Below, piece by piece: positions 19,672 through 28,250 of a stretch of 64,000 nucleotides of DNA (its first letter is position 1; the number at the start of each line of letters is the position of its first letter). Location: assembly GCA_964489845.1 (NCBI GenBank), contig CAZAZV010000002.1, positions 770 through 64,769 of the forward strand, in the 5' to 3' direction. A program made the translations under genes and the position numbers. Source of the DNA: an uncultured Candidatus Saccharibacteria bacterium. GTDB lineage: Bacteria > Patescibacteriota > Minisyncoccia > UBA6257 > GWB1-50-10. The notes below the pieces were generated by a model. The model saw only the letters and a list, made by a program, of their open reading frames with translations. It ran no database searches and was not told the DNA's origin.

Positions 19672-20157
19672 CTAGAACGGTATGTCTCCGCTGTCGATTT
19701 CGATTCCGTCCTCGACCTGTATCTCCGGAACGCTCTCTGGCTGCGGCATCGAGGCGGGTTTCGCGGCTCCGCCGTACGGCCGGTTGCCGCCTCCGGGAGC
19801 CGTCGGATTCCCTCCCCCGACGCCCCCCGCGGAGCCGGGGCCGAACTGCACACGGTCGGCGACGACTTCCGTCCGGTATCTCGTCTGCCCGTCCTTGCCT
19901 TCCCACTTCCTCGTCTGCAGCCGTCCCTCGACGAAAACCGTCGCTCCCTTCTTCAGAAACTGGTGCGTGATTTCCGCCTGGCGCCCCCACACGACGACGT
20001 TATGAAACTCGGTCTGTTCCTGCTTCGCCCCCGCCTGGTCTTTCCATACCCGATTCGTTGCGACCGAGAAGTTCGTCACCGCCGTACCGGACGTGGTGTT
20101 CCGCAGTTCGGGGTCCCCCGTCAGCCGCCCGATGATGAATACTTTATTCAAATCCAT
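19672..20157 (-). CDS. ssb: Single-stranded DNA-binding protein
   Basis: OB fold, Gly-rich tail, C-terminal DIPF. Confidence 0.92.
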   Translation of the reverse strand: MDLNKVFIIGRLTGDPELRNTTSGTAVTNFSVATNRVWKDQAGAKQEQTEFHNVVVWGRQAEITHQFLKKGATVFVEGRLQTRKWEGKDGQTRYRTEVVADRVQFGPGSAGGVGGGNPTAPGGGNRPYGGAAKPASMPQPESVPEIQVEDGIEIDSGDIPF

Positions 20158-20193
20158 ATCAGAAGCGTAAAGCGCAAAACGAAAAGTGTAAAG

Positions 20194-20538
20194 TTAGGCC
20201 TCGATTTTCAATCGGCGCAAACGCTTCGCCTGCAGGCGGTTCTTCGGGAGCATATTGCGGACGGCGCGGCGCACCGCTTCACGCGGGTCCCGCTCCAAGA
20301 GCTGCTCGAGCGTCCGCGACTTCAAGCTGCCGATGCGCGTGCTGTGGCGGTAGTACCGCTTCTGCGTAAGCTTGCTGCCAGTGAACTTGAGCGAAGCGGC
20401 GTGCACGATTTTTACGACATCCGTCCCTGCGAGGCGCGGTTCGTAGCTCGGTTCGTGCTTCCCCTGCAAGATGAGCGCCGCCTCCGTCGCGATGCGCCCG
20501 AGCGCTTTCCCTGTTGCGTCTATGACATGTTCTTTCAT
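20194..20538 (-). CDS. rplM: 50S ribosomal protein L13 (short form)
   Basis: HVIDATGKALGRIATEAALILQGKHEPSYEP...AVRNMLPKNRL. Confidence 0.85.
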   Translation of the reverse strand: MKEHVIDATGKALGRIATEAALILQGKHEPSYEPRLAGTDVVKIVHAASLKFTGSKLTQKRYYRHSTRIGSLKSRTLEQLLERDPREAVRRAVRNMLPKNRLQAKRLRRLKIEA

Positions 20539-20539
20539 G

Positions 20540-20893
20540 TTACTTCACGAATTCTATGGTCGCCTTCCGCGCGTTGTCCTGCACGCGCCGTTCCATGTGC
20601 CGGATGACGCGGGTGTATCCGCCGTGCCGCTCGGCGTACCGAGGCGCGATCTCGTGCTGCATCCGGTATGCCGCCTGTTTCGGCAGCCGTTTCAGGAGCT
20701 GCCGCAAACCCGCGATGTTCTGCCGCTTGCCGTAGGTCACCAAGCGGTCCGCGAGCCGCTTCAATTCCTTCGCGCGCGCTTCCGTCGTCACGATGCTGTC
20801 CCGCATCACGAGCTGGTACGCCAAATCACGCAAAAAGTTCTTGCGGTCGCCGCGCTCTCTGCCGAATTTTCTGCCGCGCTTCAGGTGACGCAT
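20540..20893 (-). CDS. rplQ: 50S ribosomal protein L17
   Basis: MRHLKRGRKFGRERGDRKNFLRDLAYQLV...HGGYTRVIRH. Confidence 0.88.
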   Translation of the reverse strand: MRHLKRGRKFGRERGDRKNFLRDLAYQLVMRDSIVTTEARAKELKRLADRLVTYGKRQNIAGLRQLLKRLPKQAAYRMQHEIAPRYAERHGGYTRVIRHMERRVQDNARKATIEFVK

Positions 20894-20903
20894 AATTCAC
20901 GTG

Positions 20904-21686
20904 TTACTTCGCGCTTTTCGCTTTGCGCTTCGCGCTGCCGCTCTTTGCGGTTTTCTTTCCGACTTCCGGTTCTATCTCCTGTTTCGTCTCCGAGGGGAAC
21001 GCTTCCGCGACTTTCGCGAAGTGGTCGCGCATGATGTTGCTTGCCTGGTGCAGCGCCCGCGACGGGCTGATGGAGCCGTCGGTCGTGATGGTGAGCCGCA
21101 GCTTGTTGTAGTTGGTGCGCTCGCCGACGCGCATATTCTCGACTTCCGTCTCGACGTTCACGACCGGAGAAAACATGCAGTCCAAGAGAATCGTCCCGAC
21201 CGGCAGCCGTTCCGCTTGCCGCTCTTCGGCCGAGAGGTATCCGAGTCCTTTCTCGACGACGAGCTCCATCGAGAGCTCTGTCTTGCCATCGGTGATTTCG
21301 GTGATGTACAAATCCTTGTTCACGACTTCGGCGAGCGGGTTCGATTCGATGTCTCCCGCCGTCACTTTCCCCTTCCCCTTCGCCTTGAGATACAGCGTCT
21401 GCGGTTCGTCGGCGTGGAAGATGAAACGCACCTGCTTGAGGTTCAGGATGATGTCCAGCACGCTGTCCATCACGCCCTCCATCGTGGAGAACTCGTGTTT
21501 CACGCCTTTGATTTTCGCCTGCGAAATCGCCGCGCCGGGAAGCGACGAGAGGAGCGTCCGCCGCAGGGCGCTGCCGATGGTAATACCGTAGCCCGGATAG
21601 AGACCTTCGATGGAAAACTCGCCCACTGTGTCGGTTTCCTTTCCTTTTTTGACGTTCACCGTATCGCTCAAGTATGAGTAGTCCAT
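20904..21686 (-). CDS. rpoA: DNA-directed RNA polymerase alpha subunit, N-terminal domain only, with Lys-rich tail and no recognisable alpha-CTD
   Basis: 260 aa; dimerisation/assembly domain (GYGITIGSALRRTLLSSLPGAAI...) ends in KKTAKSGSAKRKAKSAK. Confidence 0.8.
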   Translation of the reverse strand: MDYSYLSDTVNVKKGKETDTVGEFSIEGLYPGYGITIGSALRRTLLSSLPGAAISQAKIKGVKHEFSTMEGVMDSVLDIILNLKQVRFIFHADEPQTLYLKAKGKGKVTAGDIESNPLAEVVNKDLYITEITDGKTELSMELVVEKGLGYLSAEERQAERLPVGTILLDCMFSPVVNVETEVENMRVGERTNYNKLRLTITTDGSISPSRALHQASNIMRDHFAKVAEAFPSETKQEIEPEVGKKTAKSGSAKRKAKSAK

Positions 21687-21699
21687 ATGAAAATAAGTG

Positions 21700-22302
21700 T
21701 TAGTTGTTGGTTGCGACCAAACTCACGTCGAAAAGCTCGAGGGCGTCCGTCGTCGGTTCGCCCGTGCACGTTCCCGAGAGCTTCTGCGGGTCGACCGTGA
21801 GCCACGTCGGGAGCGACTGCTTCGTAAGCCGCTCCTGCAATCCATTGAAGAGCGCGCTCCCCCGCGACTCGGGACGGATACTCATGATGTCTCCCTTCCG
21901 CACCTCGTACGATGAGATAGTCACCTTGCGTCCATTTACCAGTATATGTCCGTGTGAAACGAGCTGTCGAGCGACCCGTATCGACGGCGCGAAACCAAGG
22001 TAGCGCGTGACGCTGTCGAGCCGCCGCTCGAGCGCCTTGATGATCGCCTCGGGATTGCCCTCGTGCGCTTCAAGCACGCGCTGCAGCGTGTGGTTGGTGA
22101 GCCCGTAGCTCCACTGCATCTTCTGCTTCTCCCGCAACTGGTGACTGTAGTCGGAGGGTCTCCGCTGCCGCTTCGCGCCGTGCATGCCCGGTCGGTACGG
22201 CCGGCGTACCATGACGCACTTCGGAGAATTGCAGCGCTCCGCTTTCAGGAAAAGCTTTTCGCCGAGCGCCCGTTCAACTTTTTCTTTCAAGTGTTTCCGC
22301 AT
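21700..22302 (-). CDS. rpsD: 30S ribosomal protein S4
   Basis: CNSPKCVMVRRPYRPGMHG zinc motif; S4 domain. Confidence 0.92.
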   Translation of the reverse strand: MRKHLKEKVERALGEKLFLKAERCNSPKCVMVRRPYRPGMHGAKRQRRPSDYSHQLREKQKMQWSYGLTNHTLQRVLEAHEGNPEAIIKALERRLDSVTRYLGFAPSIRVARQLVSHGHILVNGRKVTISSYEVRKGDIMSIRPESRGSALFNGLQERLTKQSLPTWLTVDPQKLSGTCTGEPTTDALELFDVSLVATNN

Positions 22303-22319
22303 GTGCCGAAGATGTCTAG

Positions 22320-22386
22320 GTTTACGAGTTGAGTGTAACGAAACGAAGTAAATTTAGCAACAGATTCGAGCATCCCGCCGCAGCGG
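22320..22386 (-). promoter_or_regulatory. Second identical terminator-promoter module (TTGCTA-17-TACACT) upstream of rpsD
   Basis: Exact 68-nt repeat of 19600-19667. Confidence 0.55.
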
Positions 22387-22392
22387 GATTCT

Positions 22393-22845
22393 TTAGATTC
22401 TCCTTGCTTTCTTCGGCCGCGGCCCGTTGTGCGGCAGTGGCGTGATATCCGAAATGGAGGTCACCTCGAAGCGCTGCGTCGCGAGTGCGCGGAGTGCTGC
22501 ATCGCGACCGCTTCCAATACCGCTCACGAACACCGCGATTTCGAAAGGACCCGTCCGCTCCAGTTTCTCGCTGATGGCTTCGATGACTTTCGACGCAGCG
22601 AAGGGCGTCGCCCGCTTCGGTCCCGAGTAACCGAGCGAGCCGGAGCTCATCCACGCGACGGTGTTCCCCGCCTCGTCCGTGACGGTCACGGACGTGTTGT
22701 TATAGGAAATCCGCAGGTACAGCCGCCCGCGCTCGATGCGCTTCTTCGCGCCTTTCCCGATTTGGGCGGCGCGTTTCTCTTCGACAACCTGCGCTTCTTT
22801 CGCCGCTGTCTCGGTCGTTTGTTTCGCTACTTTCTTCTTGCCCAT
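22393..22845 (-). CDS. rpsK: 30S ribosomal protein S11
   Basis: GRLYLRISYNNTSVTVTDEAGNTVAWMSSGSLGYSGPKRATPFAA. Confidence 0.92.
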   Translation of the reverse strand: MGKKKVAKQTTETAAKEAQVVEEKRAAQIGKGAKKRIERGRLYLRISYNNTSVTVTDEAGNTVAWMSSGSLGYSGPKRATPFAASKVIEAISEKLERTGPFEIAVFVSGIGSGRDAALRALATQRFEVTSISDITPLPHNGPRPKKARRI

Positions 22846-22859
22846 GCCAAATATCTCTT

Positions 22860-22930
22860 AATTTACAAGTTGAGTGTAACGAAACACAGTAAATTTGGCA
22901 AGATATTTGAGCACGCCGAGCTTGTCGAGG
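22860..22930 (-). promoter_or_regulatory. Diverged third copy of the promoter module (TTGCCA-17-TACACT) upstream of rpsK
   Basis: About 75% identical to the 19600/22320 repeats; same TACACT -10 element. Confidence 0.45.
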
Positions 22931-22978
22931 TGACGCTCCACCAAACCGCTCGTGTTGCACGCTCGCGGGGCGGGAGCG

Positions 22979-23362
22979 TCATTTCAACTCCACTTTACGC
23001 TTTCCGCTTCCCGCCGTGTGGCGAACGTTACCGCGCACCGTTCTCGTGTTGCGCCGCGTCCGCTGGCCCCGCACCGGCAGTCCTCTGCTGTGCCGCATGC
23101 CCCGGTACGCGTGAATCGTCTTCAACCGCTGGATGTTCTGCTTTATGAACTGACGCAGCTCTCCTTCGATGCGGTACTTGCCGTCGATGATGGATTGTAT
23201 CTTGTTGACTTCGTCGGGGGTCAGATCCTTCGCCCGTTTCTCGGCATCCACGCCGGCTTCGGCCAAAATATTCCTCGCTGCCGAGGTTCCGATTCCTTTG
23301 ATGTAGCGGAGTGACGCCCACACCTTCTTTTCGTCTGGGATGGTAATACCGACGATGCGCAT
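22979..23362 (-). CDS. rpsM: 30S ribosomal protein S13
   Basis: MRIVGITIPDEKKVWASLRYIKGIG...RGLPVRGQRTRRN. Confidence 0.92.
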   Translation of the reverse strand: MRIVGITIPDEKKVWASLRYIKGIGTSAARNILAEAGVDAEKRAKDLTPDEVNKIQSIIDGKYRIEGELRQFIKQNIQRLKTIHAYRGMRHSRGLPVRGQRTRRNTRTVRGNVRHTAGSGKRKVELK

Positions 23363-23390
23363 ATGAAACTGGTTTTTAGTTGTTAGTTAA

Positions 23391-23609
23391 TTAGAGACGC
23401 CTGACTATCCTACCTCGTTCTGATTTCTCGTCAGGCATTTCGACGATAACGGCGTCCCCGGGAACGACTCTGATGCGGTACAGCCGCATCTTCCCCGCCA
23501 GGTGAGCCAGTATGGTTTTCCCTGATTCGAGCGTCACGCGATACTGCATGGCGGGAAGTGCTTCTTCCACCTTCCCCGTCACCGTAATCACATGTTTTGA
23601 AGTGGGCAT
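23391..23609 (-). CDS. infA: Translation initiation factor IF-1
   Basis: VTGKVEEALPAMQYRVTLESGKTILAHLAGKMR...RIRVVPGDAVIVEM. Confidence 0.88.
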   Translation of the reverse strand: MPTSKHVITVTGKVEEALPAMQYRVTLESGKTILAHLAGKMRLYRIRVVPGDAVIVEMPDEKSERGRIVRRL

Positions 23610-23769
23610 AAAACGCAGAGGTTATACTAACAGGCGATTGAATGAGCGTCAACCCCGATGGTGCCAGGACGCGCTCGCGCATCCCCCACAAAATACTGTC
23701 GTGTCCAACGTATAAGAGACGGTATGTGCAACATTCATAGTTGGTCTGTGTAGATTGGCACTATCGGGG

Positions 23770-25347
23770 TTAGCTGCCGATTTGGACGACGATTTTCTTG
23801 GCGTCATTCGGTATGTCTTTGAAAAAGCTTGGCCACAAATTCACCTGCGCGCTCTTCAGGCCGGGAACCGAAAGGAGCGTAGTTTTCACCGACGCCTCGC
23901 TCTGCCCCATGAGCTGCCGCTCGACGCTCGCCACATCGAGCTTGGGGAGGGCGGTGAAGCTCCCCGTCACGGTAAACCGCAGGGTGCCGTTCTCGAGCGT
24001 GGAGGTGCTGAAAGAAAATTTCGGGTCGCTCATCGTCACGTCGTAATCGACGGGCGATTTCACCGCGGCGAGCACCGCGGTTTCGAGGTCGGATTCCTTG
24101 AACGCGATTTCTGTAAGCGTCCCCTCCGCGAAGACGCTGAACGTGTCATCTTTGCTCACGGTTTGGTCGACGTTGAACTGCGTGAGCGTGAAGGTCTGCG
24201 CGCCATCCGGAGACACGAGTCCCCCGCCGCTCGTCACTTGCATTTCCTGCGCCACGGCATCGCGCAAAATCGTTGTCACCTGTCCTTTCGCTGCAGTGAT
24301 GTCCGCATCCGTCGCGACGACATGCGCGCCGCTCGTGCCACCCGTGAGCGCGCCCGCCGGAACGCCGTAAATTTTCTGGTACTGGTCCGTGAGACCGTAA
24401 TCCTTGAAGCCGGGTATGGTCCACCGCTCGCCGCTCGACGGCGTGTAGTTGTACGACTCACCCGGTTGGTCAGCAACGATGGTCGCTTCCACCTTCCCCG
24501 GCACGCCGCTTGCCTCGGCCGGAACCGTGACGCGCGACGGTATCCGATACGTCAGTCCTTTCGGCGAAACAAACCGCGTGCTGGCGATAAGCGTCTGCGC
24601 GGAACTCCGCTCGTTGTAGATGTAGATGCTGCCGCTTGCCTTGCCCGAATCCGTCGAGCTCCCCGTCGCCGGGAACGTTTCCGTCACGTTCTTCGTGCTC
24701 GTGAAACGCTCGCCGGGAAGGATGATGTTCGTGCCGTCCACCGAATACACCGACACGTCGGTTCGGACGGTTACTGGGTTGCTGAATGTCACGGGGGTTT
24801 TCACCAAATGCAACACGATGGTCGCCCGCGGAAAATAGGTACTCCCCACCGCCCCGACGCCGCCCGCGAGGAGCAGCACGCCGAGCGCGATGGCGACCCA
24901 GCGCACGTTGAATTTCGTGGCGGGAAGCTTGCTCCGCTCGTGGCGCTCTTTCTTCTCGGGCCTCCTCGGGAGCGACACCGGCGTCGTCAGGAGCGGCCGC
25001 TCGGCACGAGCTCCGTCCCGCGCCGTACGCGGCTCCGATTTCGGAATCCGCTTGATGATGTCGACAACCATCCGTTCGTTCCTGCCGAAAATGGAATTCC
25101 GCGCCCCGAGCTTCGCCGCATAGGCAAGTTCCTCAAGATGTCGGTCGGTCGAGGTGACAACGACGTACACGCCCTGTGCATCCGCTTCGCGCTTTACGGC
25201 GTGGAAATTGTCGAGCGACTCGGCGAGCACCGAATCGCCTGGAATGTGCAAAACAAGACGCGCTCCCTTCCCCGCTTTGCCAAGGAGCGCGATGACTCGC
25301 TCAAGCCCGTCTTGCGGCTTCAGAAATATCTTTTTCCCCTCAGACAT
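23770..25347 (-). CDS. Hypothetical single-pass membrane protein with large extracellular beta-rich domain
   Basis: 525 aa; cytoplasmic N-terminal domain, TM at WVAIALGVLLLAGGVGAVG, Thr/Ser-rich C-terminal region. Confidence 0.5.
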   Translation of the reverse strand: MSEGKKIFLKPQDGLERVIALLGKAGKGARLVLHIPGDSVLAESLDNFHAVKREADAQGVYVVVTSTDRHLEELAYAAKLGARNSIFGRNERMVVDIIKRIPKSEPRTARDGARAERPLLTTPVSLPRRPEKKERHERSKLPATKFNVRWVAIALGVLLLAGGVGAVGSTYFPRATIVLHLVKTPVTFSNPVTVRTDVSVYSVDGTNIILPGERFTSTKNVTETFPATGSSTDSGKASGSIYIYNERSSAQTLIASTRFVSPKGLTYRIPSRVTVPAEASGVPGKVEATIVADQPGESYNYTPSSGERWTIPGFKDYGLTDQYQKIYGVPAGALTGGTSGAHVVATDADITAAKGQVTTILRDAVAQEMQVTSGGGLVSPDGAQTFTLTQFNVDQTVSKDDTFSVFAEGTLTEIAFKESDLETAVLAAVKSPVDYDVTMSDPKFSFSTSTLENGTLRFTVTGSFTALPKLDVASVERQLMGQSEASVKTTLLSVPGLKSAQVNLWPSFFKDIPNDAKKIVVQIGS

Positions 25348-25356
25348 AATACGAAA

Positions 25357-27075
25357 TTAGTATACCACACCGCGGATGCGGCGGACGCCGCGCGCGGCAG
25401 ACTCTTCCTTCGTGATTTTAAACGTCCCGATTTCCCCCGTACGCGTCACGTGCGGTCCTCCGCAGAACTCCTTGCTGTAGGCATCCGCAAGTGAGTTTCC
25501 TATGTAGTAGACGGAGACAACGTCGGGATACACGTCCCGCGTCGAGTGGAGCGCTCCTGTCTTTTCCGCCTCCGTCTTCGGCAACTCGATTTTTTGCACC
25601 GGTAAATCCTCGCGTATTTTCCCGTTCACCAATTCCTCCACGCGCGTTTTTTCTTCGTTCGTCAATTTCCGCTCGAAGCCGAAATCGAAGCGCGTCCGCT
25701 CCGGCGTGATGTCGGAACCCTCTTGCGGAATCTCCGCATGGAGCACGTCGCGGAGTGCCTGGTGGAGCAGGTGCGTCACGGTGTGCAAGCGAACGACTCG
25801 TTCCTCTTCCTCGCTCGTCCCCGCTTTCAATTCCCCGGTGTCAAGCGTGAGGCCGTGCCCGCCGAACTTCTTCCCCGCCCCCGCGCGGGAAATTTCCTGG
25901 TGCTTCTCGAATTCCTTGTCGAAATCCTCCCGATGCAGAGCACTCACTTTCGTGCCGCTGACGTCTTTCACGACCTCGTACGGAAGTCCGAAGGTTTGGT
26001 AGAGATAAAACGCGCGCGGCGCGTCGACGACAGCGAATTTTTCCAACTCTTTCAGCCCGCGCTCGAGCGCGGCCGAAAATTCCTCGCGCTCTTTCTCGAA
26101 AACATCGAGCACGAGTTTTTCGTCGAGTTCGCGATACGCCTCGCGGTATGACGCCACGACGGCGCGAAGCAACCGAGGCACATCGAGCCCTCTCCGCTCC
26201 CAAACAATGAGGCGGCGCAGGAGGCGGCGCAGAACGTATCCCGCTTCCTTATTCGACGGCAAGACACCGTCGGATATGAGGAACACAATCCCCCGTCCGT
26301 GGTCCGCGACAATGCGCTGCTCTTTCTCGGACAAGGAATCGGGGAGAAGCGCGATGAGCGGCTTGAAAAGGTCCGTTTCGAAAATCGTGGGGGTACTCTG
26401 CGAAACCATCGTGAGCCGCTCGAGTCCCATGCCGGTATCGACGCCGGATATCGCGAGCGGAGCGAGCCGCTTCTCCACATCGGCATAGAATTCGTTGAAC
26501 ACAATGTTCCACACCTCGAGTCCCCGCACGTACACCTCCGTCGTCGGCCCGCACGGCCCCTCGTTTCCCGTCGGTCCCCAGAATACGTCCGTGCCGTCGC
26601 CGCGGATATCCCGAACCCCGAGTGATTCCCAGATGACACGTGATTCGTCGTCACGAGGAACGTCCTTGCGCCAGTCGCCGTCCGGTACCTTGTCGGGGTC
26701 GAAAATTGTTACATAGTCAATGCTCAGTTTCATCACGTTTGTGATGAAATCGTATGCATATTCAATCGCTTCCTTTTTGAAATATCCGCCGAAGGAAAAG
26801 TTTCCGAGCATCTCAAAGAAGGTGAGGTGACTCTCGTCGCCCACCTCATCAATATCCGATGTGCGGAAACACTTCTGCACCGATGCGACGTTCCTGCTCC
26901 CGAAACGTTTTTTCGCACCGAGTTCTCCCGTGTAGTACCGCTTAAACTGCTGCATCCCCGCAGTAGTGAGGAGCACCGACGCATCGTTGGGTATGAGTGA
27001 CGAAGACGGAACTACGACGTGTCCCTTCTGCTCAAAATACTCGAGAAACTTTTTCCTAATCTCCGCGGACGTCAT
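25357..27075 (-). CDS. alaS: Alanyl-tRNA synthetase, short form (572 aa; catalytic and editing domains, no C-Ala domain)
   Basis: TTAGMQQFK...QKCFRTSDIDEVGDESHLTFFEMLGNFSFGGYFK; editing motifs THLLHQALRDVL and FCGGPH. True start at the internal MTSAEIRK, which shares 1 nt with the rpoD stop (TGATG). Confidence 0.85.
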   Translation of the reverse strand: MTSAEIRKKFLEYFEQKGHVVVPSSSLIPNDASVLLTTAGMQQFKRYYTGELGAKKRFGSRNVASVQKCFRTSDIDEVGDESHLTFFEMLGNFSFGGYFKKEAIEYAYDFITNVMKLSIDYVTIFDPDKVPDGDWRKDVPRDDESRVIWESLGVRDIRGDGTDVFWGPTGNEGPCGPTTEVYVRGLEVWNIVFNEFYADVEKRLAPLAISGVDTGMGLERLTMVSQSTPTIFETDLFKPLIALLPDSLSEKEQRIVADHGRGIVFLISDGVLPSNKEAGYVLRRLLRRLIVWERRGLDVPRLLRAVVASYREAYRELDEKLVLDVFEKEREEFSAALERGLKELEKFAVVDAPRAFYLYQTFGLPYEVVKDVSGTKVSALHREDFDKEFEKHQEISRAGAGKKFGGHGLTLDTGELKAGTSEEEERVVRLHTVTHLLHQALRDVLHAEIPQEGSDITPERTRFDFGFERKLTNEEKTRVEELVNGKIREDLPVQKIELPKTEAEKTGALHSTRDVYPDVVSVYYIGNSLADAYSKEFCGGPHVTRTGEIGTFKITKEESAARGVRRIRGVVY

Positions 27076-28250
27076 CAATATCCCTCCAGGTGCTTCACCT
27101 TCCGGTGCTTCCGAATCTGCTCGATCGCCTTCGCCTCGATCTGCCGTATCCGCTCGCGCGTCACGCCGAAGTCCTTGCCGACTTCTTCCAGGGTGTGCGT
27201 GATGTTGTCCTCGAGCCCGAAGCGCATGGAAAGAATTTTCTGTTCCCGCTCGGTGAGGTCGACGAGAATGTCCCTGATTTGCTCCTTCAAAAGGGCGTAG
27301 TTCGCCTGCTCGTCCGGCGGAATGCTCTGCTCGTCGGGCAAGAGGTCCGAGAGCGTGGAGTCCTCCTCGCTGTCGCCGATGGGCATTTCGAGCGACAACA
27401 CTTCCTGCGAAATTTTCTGGATATACCGCACCTTTTCCACCGGCACGCCCATCTCGACGGCGATTTCCTCGGGGAGCGGCTCGCGCCCCAACTCCTGCAT
27501 CAGCTGCCGCCGCTCCTGCGTATACTTTGTAATCGTCTCCACCATGTGCACGGGGATGCGGATCGTGCGCGAGTAGTCGGCCAAAGCGCGCGTCACCGCC
27601 TGGCGTATCCACCACGTCGCATAGGTCGAGAACTTGAATCCTTTGGTGTAGTCGAATTTCTCGACCGCCCGCGTGAGTCCGATGTTCCCTTCCTGGATAA
27701 GGTCGAGGATGCTCATGTACGGGCTCCGGTTCACGTACCGCTTCGCGATGGACACGACGAGACGCAGGTTCGCCTGCACGAGTTTCTTGCGGGCTTCTTC
27801 GTCGCCCTGCTCGATGCGCTTCGCGAGTTCCTTTTCCTCGCGCGACGTGAGGAGCGGCGTTTCCCCGATCTCTTTCAGGTACATCTGCACGACATCCGGC
27901 ATCCCCTCGCTCGCACGGGTCGCGGCTTTCAATTCCTGCTTGCTTACTTCTTCGCTGTCCGCGGTAACCAGCGGCAGCGCCTCGAGCACTTTCACGCCTT
28001 CCGCTTCCAGTTTCTCGTACACGCTCTCGATAAGGGGGATGTTGCGCTCAATGTACGGGAAGTAGCGGAGTATTTCCACGTCCGTCACGAAACCGCGCTG
28101 CTTCCCCCGTGCGACGAGTGTCGCAAGATTCTCGTCGCGGTCTTCCCCTTCCGGAACGGCAATGTGCTGCTGCGTCTCGTGGCGCTTGAGCCCCGATTCG
28201 CTCTGTGCGGAAAATCCGCACACGCTGCAGATAAATGTTTTCTTAGCCAT
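27075..28250 (-). CDS. rpoD: RNA polymerase sigma-70 factor with N-terminal C2H2-like zinc finger
   Basis: Regions 2 and 4 ([42 protein letters not shown]; [23 protein letters not shown]); N-terminus [24 protein letters not shown]. Confidence 0.88.
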   Translation of the reverse strand: MAKKTFICSVCGFSAQSESGLKRHETQQHIAVPEGEDRDENLATLVARGKQRGFVTDVEILRYFPYIERNIPLIESVYEKLEAEGVKVLEALPLVTADSEEVSKQELKAATRASEGMPDVVQMYLKEIGETPLLTSREEKELAKRIEQGDEEARKKLVQANLRLVVSIAKRYVNRSPYMSILDLIQEGNIGLTRAVEKFDYTKGFKFSTYATWWIRQAVTRALADYSRTIRIPVHMVETITKYTQERRQLMQELGREPLPEEIAVEMGVPVEKVRYIQKISQEVLSLEMPIGDSEEDSTLSDLLPDEQSIPPDEQANYALLKEQIRDILVDLTEREQKILSMRFGLEDNITHTLEEVGKDFGVTRERIRQIEAKAIEQIRKHRKVKHLEGY

